From: Octopus bimaculoides
Taxonomy: Eukaryota
Direction of reading: 5' to 3'
Assembly: GCF_001194135.2 (NCBI RefSeq)
Contig: NC_068984.1
Span: forward strand, 139,620,632 to 139,658,826
Length of the DNA stretch: 38,195 nt
Made by a program: the position numbers and the translations under genes. Within the stretch, counting starts at the first letter, position 1. The number at the start of each line of letters is the position of its first letter. Shown one piece after another: positions 36,830-38,195 of this stretch. The notes beneath the pieces were generated by a model. The model made no database searches, had not been told where the DNA came from, and saw only the letters and a list, made by a program, of their open reading frames with translations.

Positions 36830-36830
36830 T
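36478..36830. repeat. (TTC)n, gap 36522-36770, then (TAT)n/(ATA)n
   Basis: Read directly from the sequence. Confidence 0.93.
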
Positions 36831-36832
36831 TT

Positions 36833-37022
36833 AAGGCGGTTAGCTGGCAGAATCGTTAGCACGTCGGGCGAAATGCTTAGCAGTATTTCGTCTGTCACTC
36901 CGTTCTGAGTTCAAATTCCGCCGAGGTCAACTTTTCCTTTCATCCTTTCGGGGTCGATAAATTAAGTACCAATGAAACCCTGGGGCCTACGTAATCGACT
37001 ACACCCCTCCCCCAAATTTCAG
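36833..37022 (+). mobile_element. SINE family A
   Basis: GGCGGTTAGCTGGCAGAATCGTTAGCACG head and the conserved core. Confidence 0.92.
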
Positions 37023-37487
37023 CCCAACTATTTTCTTCCCTGTTTTTAATAATTACGTCTGGTCGATTAGCGTGGATCGTTCTGCCGATGTTGTTGTCGT
37101 TGTTATAATTATTATTGTTGTTCTTGTTGTTATTATTGCATATTCAAAGTGTGTCTTTATCATCAAGAAATTCACAGAACTAGAATGATATAGAATTTCT
37201 TCAGAGAGACGCAAACAGTTCAACATTTAATTACAGAGAGTTAGAAATGTAATGAATACATTACCTAGCGGCTAATATTACTATTGAAAATGGTTTAAGA
37301 TATTTCGCTTTCAAATTTACTTTATGGTTATTGTGTTATATCCCGTTCTATAGTTCTAGGTGGTTTCGATAAAGAAAGATGAGTCGTCTTTTAAAGACAA
37401 GTGGCAGTAAATTTATAGTTGTTAGTTTTCCCATAGGTTAAGGGGTAGCAATCTAAAAATCATGTCTCATCTAATTTAACGCACATT

Positions 37488-37640
37488 GATGGCCTCGGGG
37501 TTAACAAGCTTGCTTTACAGCTACGTAGTTTGGGGTTCAGTACCATTGCATGACATCTGGGCCAAGTCCCCCGCGTCGACGCGTATCCTTGTGAGTGAAT
37601 ATGGGAAACAGATTGCCTGTGAAAGCCGATCGATTTGTAA
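37488..37640 (+). mobile_element. SINE family D head, strongly degenerate
   Basis: AAGCTTGCTTT..GGGGTTCAGTACCATTGC..CCTTGTGAGTGAAT. Confidence 0.55.
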
Positions 37641-37801
37641 CCACACAAACAAACATATGTACACACACATGCATGCACACACATGCACACACAAACATAT
37701 TTTCTTGTTTAAGATTAATAATTTTGTACTCCACAAAATTGTAGGGTGACCCTTCAGATTAATGTAAAATTGTTTTTATCTTAACTGAACATTAATATAT
37801 T

Positions 37802-38000
37802 AATACCGCTAAGCATTTCGCCGGGCGAAATGCCTAGCGGTATTTCGTCTGCCTTTATGTTCTGAGCTCAAGTTCCGCCGAAGTCGACTTTGCTTTTCAT
37901 TCTTTTGGTGCCGATAAATGAATTACCAGTCACGTAATGAAGTTGATCTAATCGACTGGCCCCTCCCCCAAAATTTCGGACCTTCTCCCTAGAGTAGAAG
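37802..38000 (+). mobile_element. SINE family A with an inverted (fold-back) 5' end
   Basis: 37802-37822 is the reverse complement of 37824-37844 (1 mismatch), and the normal body and tail follow. Confidence 0.88.
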
Positions 38001-38195
38001 TGAAACGAACTATTTTGATATTTTTTATTGAGGCGTAAAATACCTTTTAGTCGCTTGACAGGCTTTAGTAATTCATTTTGATTACATATTTTGGTCGATT
38101 GTAAATACCTTTATTGACAGGCCTTTCTATATATTTTGTATTTTTATGTGCATATATACTTTTTTACCTTCTTTGTTTTTATATATGTATCCCTT

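Overview
AT-rich eukaryotic scaffold fragment with nine N-gaps, most flanked by microsatellites. The repeat content (several tRNA-headed SINE families, mariner MITEs, dense TA/TG/AGAT microsatellites) points to a coleoid cephalopod, most likely Octopus; this is inferred from recalled repeat families, not from a database search. I cannot confidently identify any protein-coding gene, so the window reads as intron or intergenic DNA. Most listed ORFs are microsatellite, gap or SINE artefacts. Supported features: about 25 SINE copies in five working families (my labels A-E), four mariner MITEs plus one mariner fragment, decayed LINE 3' ends (RTE, L2/CR1 group), and tandem repeats. The most interesting unexplained signals are: a 179-nt hairpin whose mismatches are mostly G-U wobbles on the minus strand (7552-7730); a ~500-bp inverted duplication with a ~256-bp perfect core enclosing a palindromic mariner MITE; an unclassified ~1.2-kb inverted-repeat pair; a double-octamer palindrome beside a MEF2-like site; a 36-bp minisatellite; and weak candidate exons on both strands.
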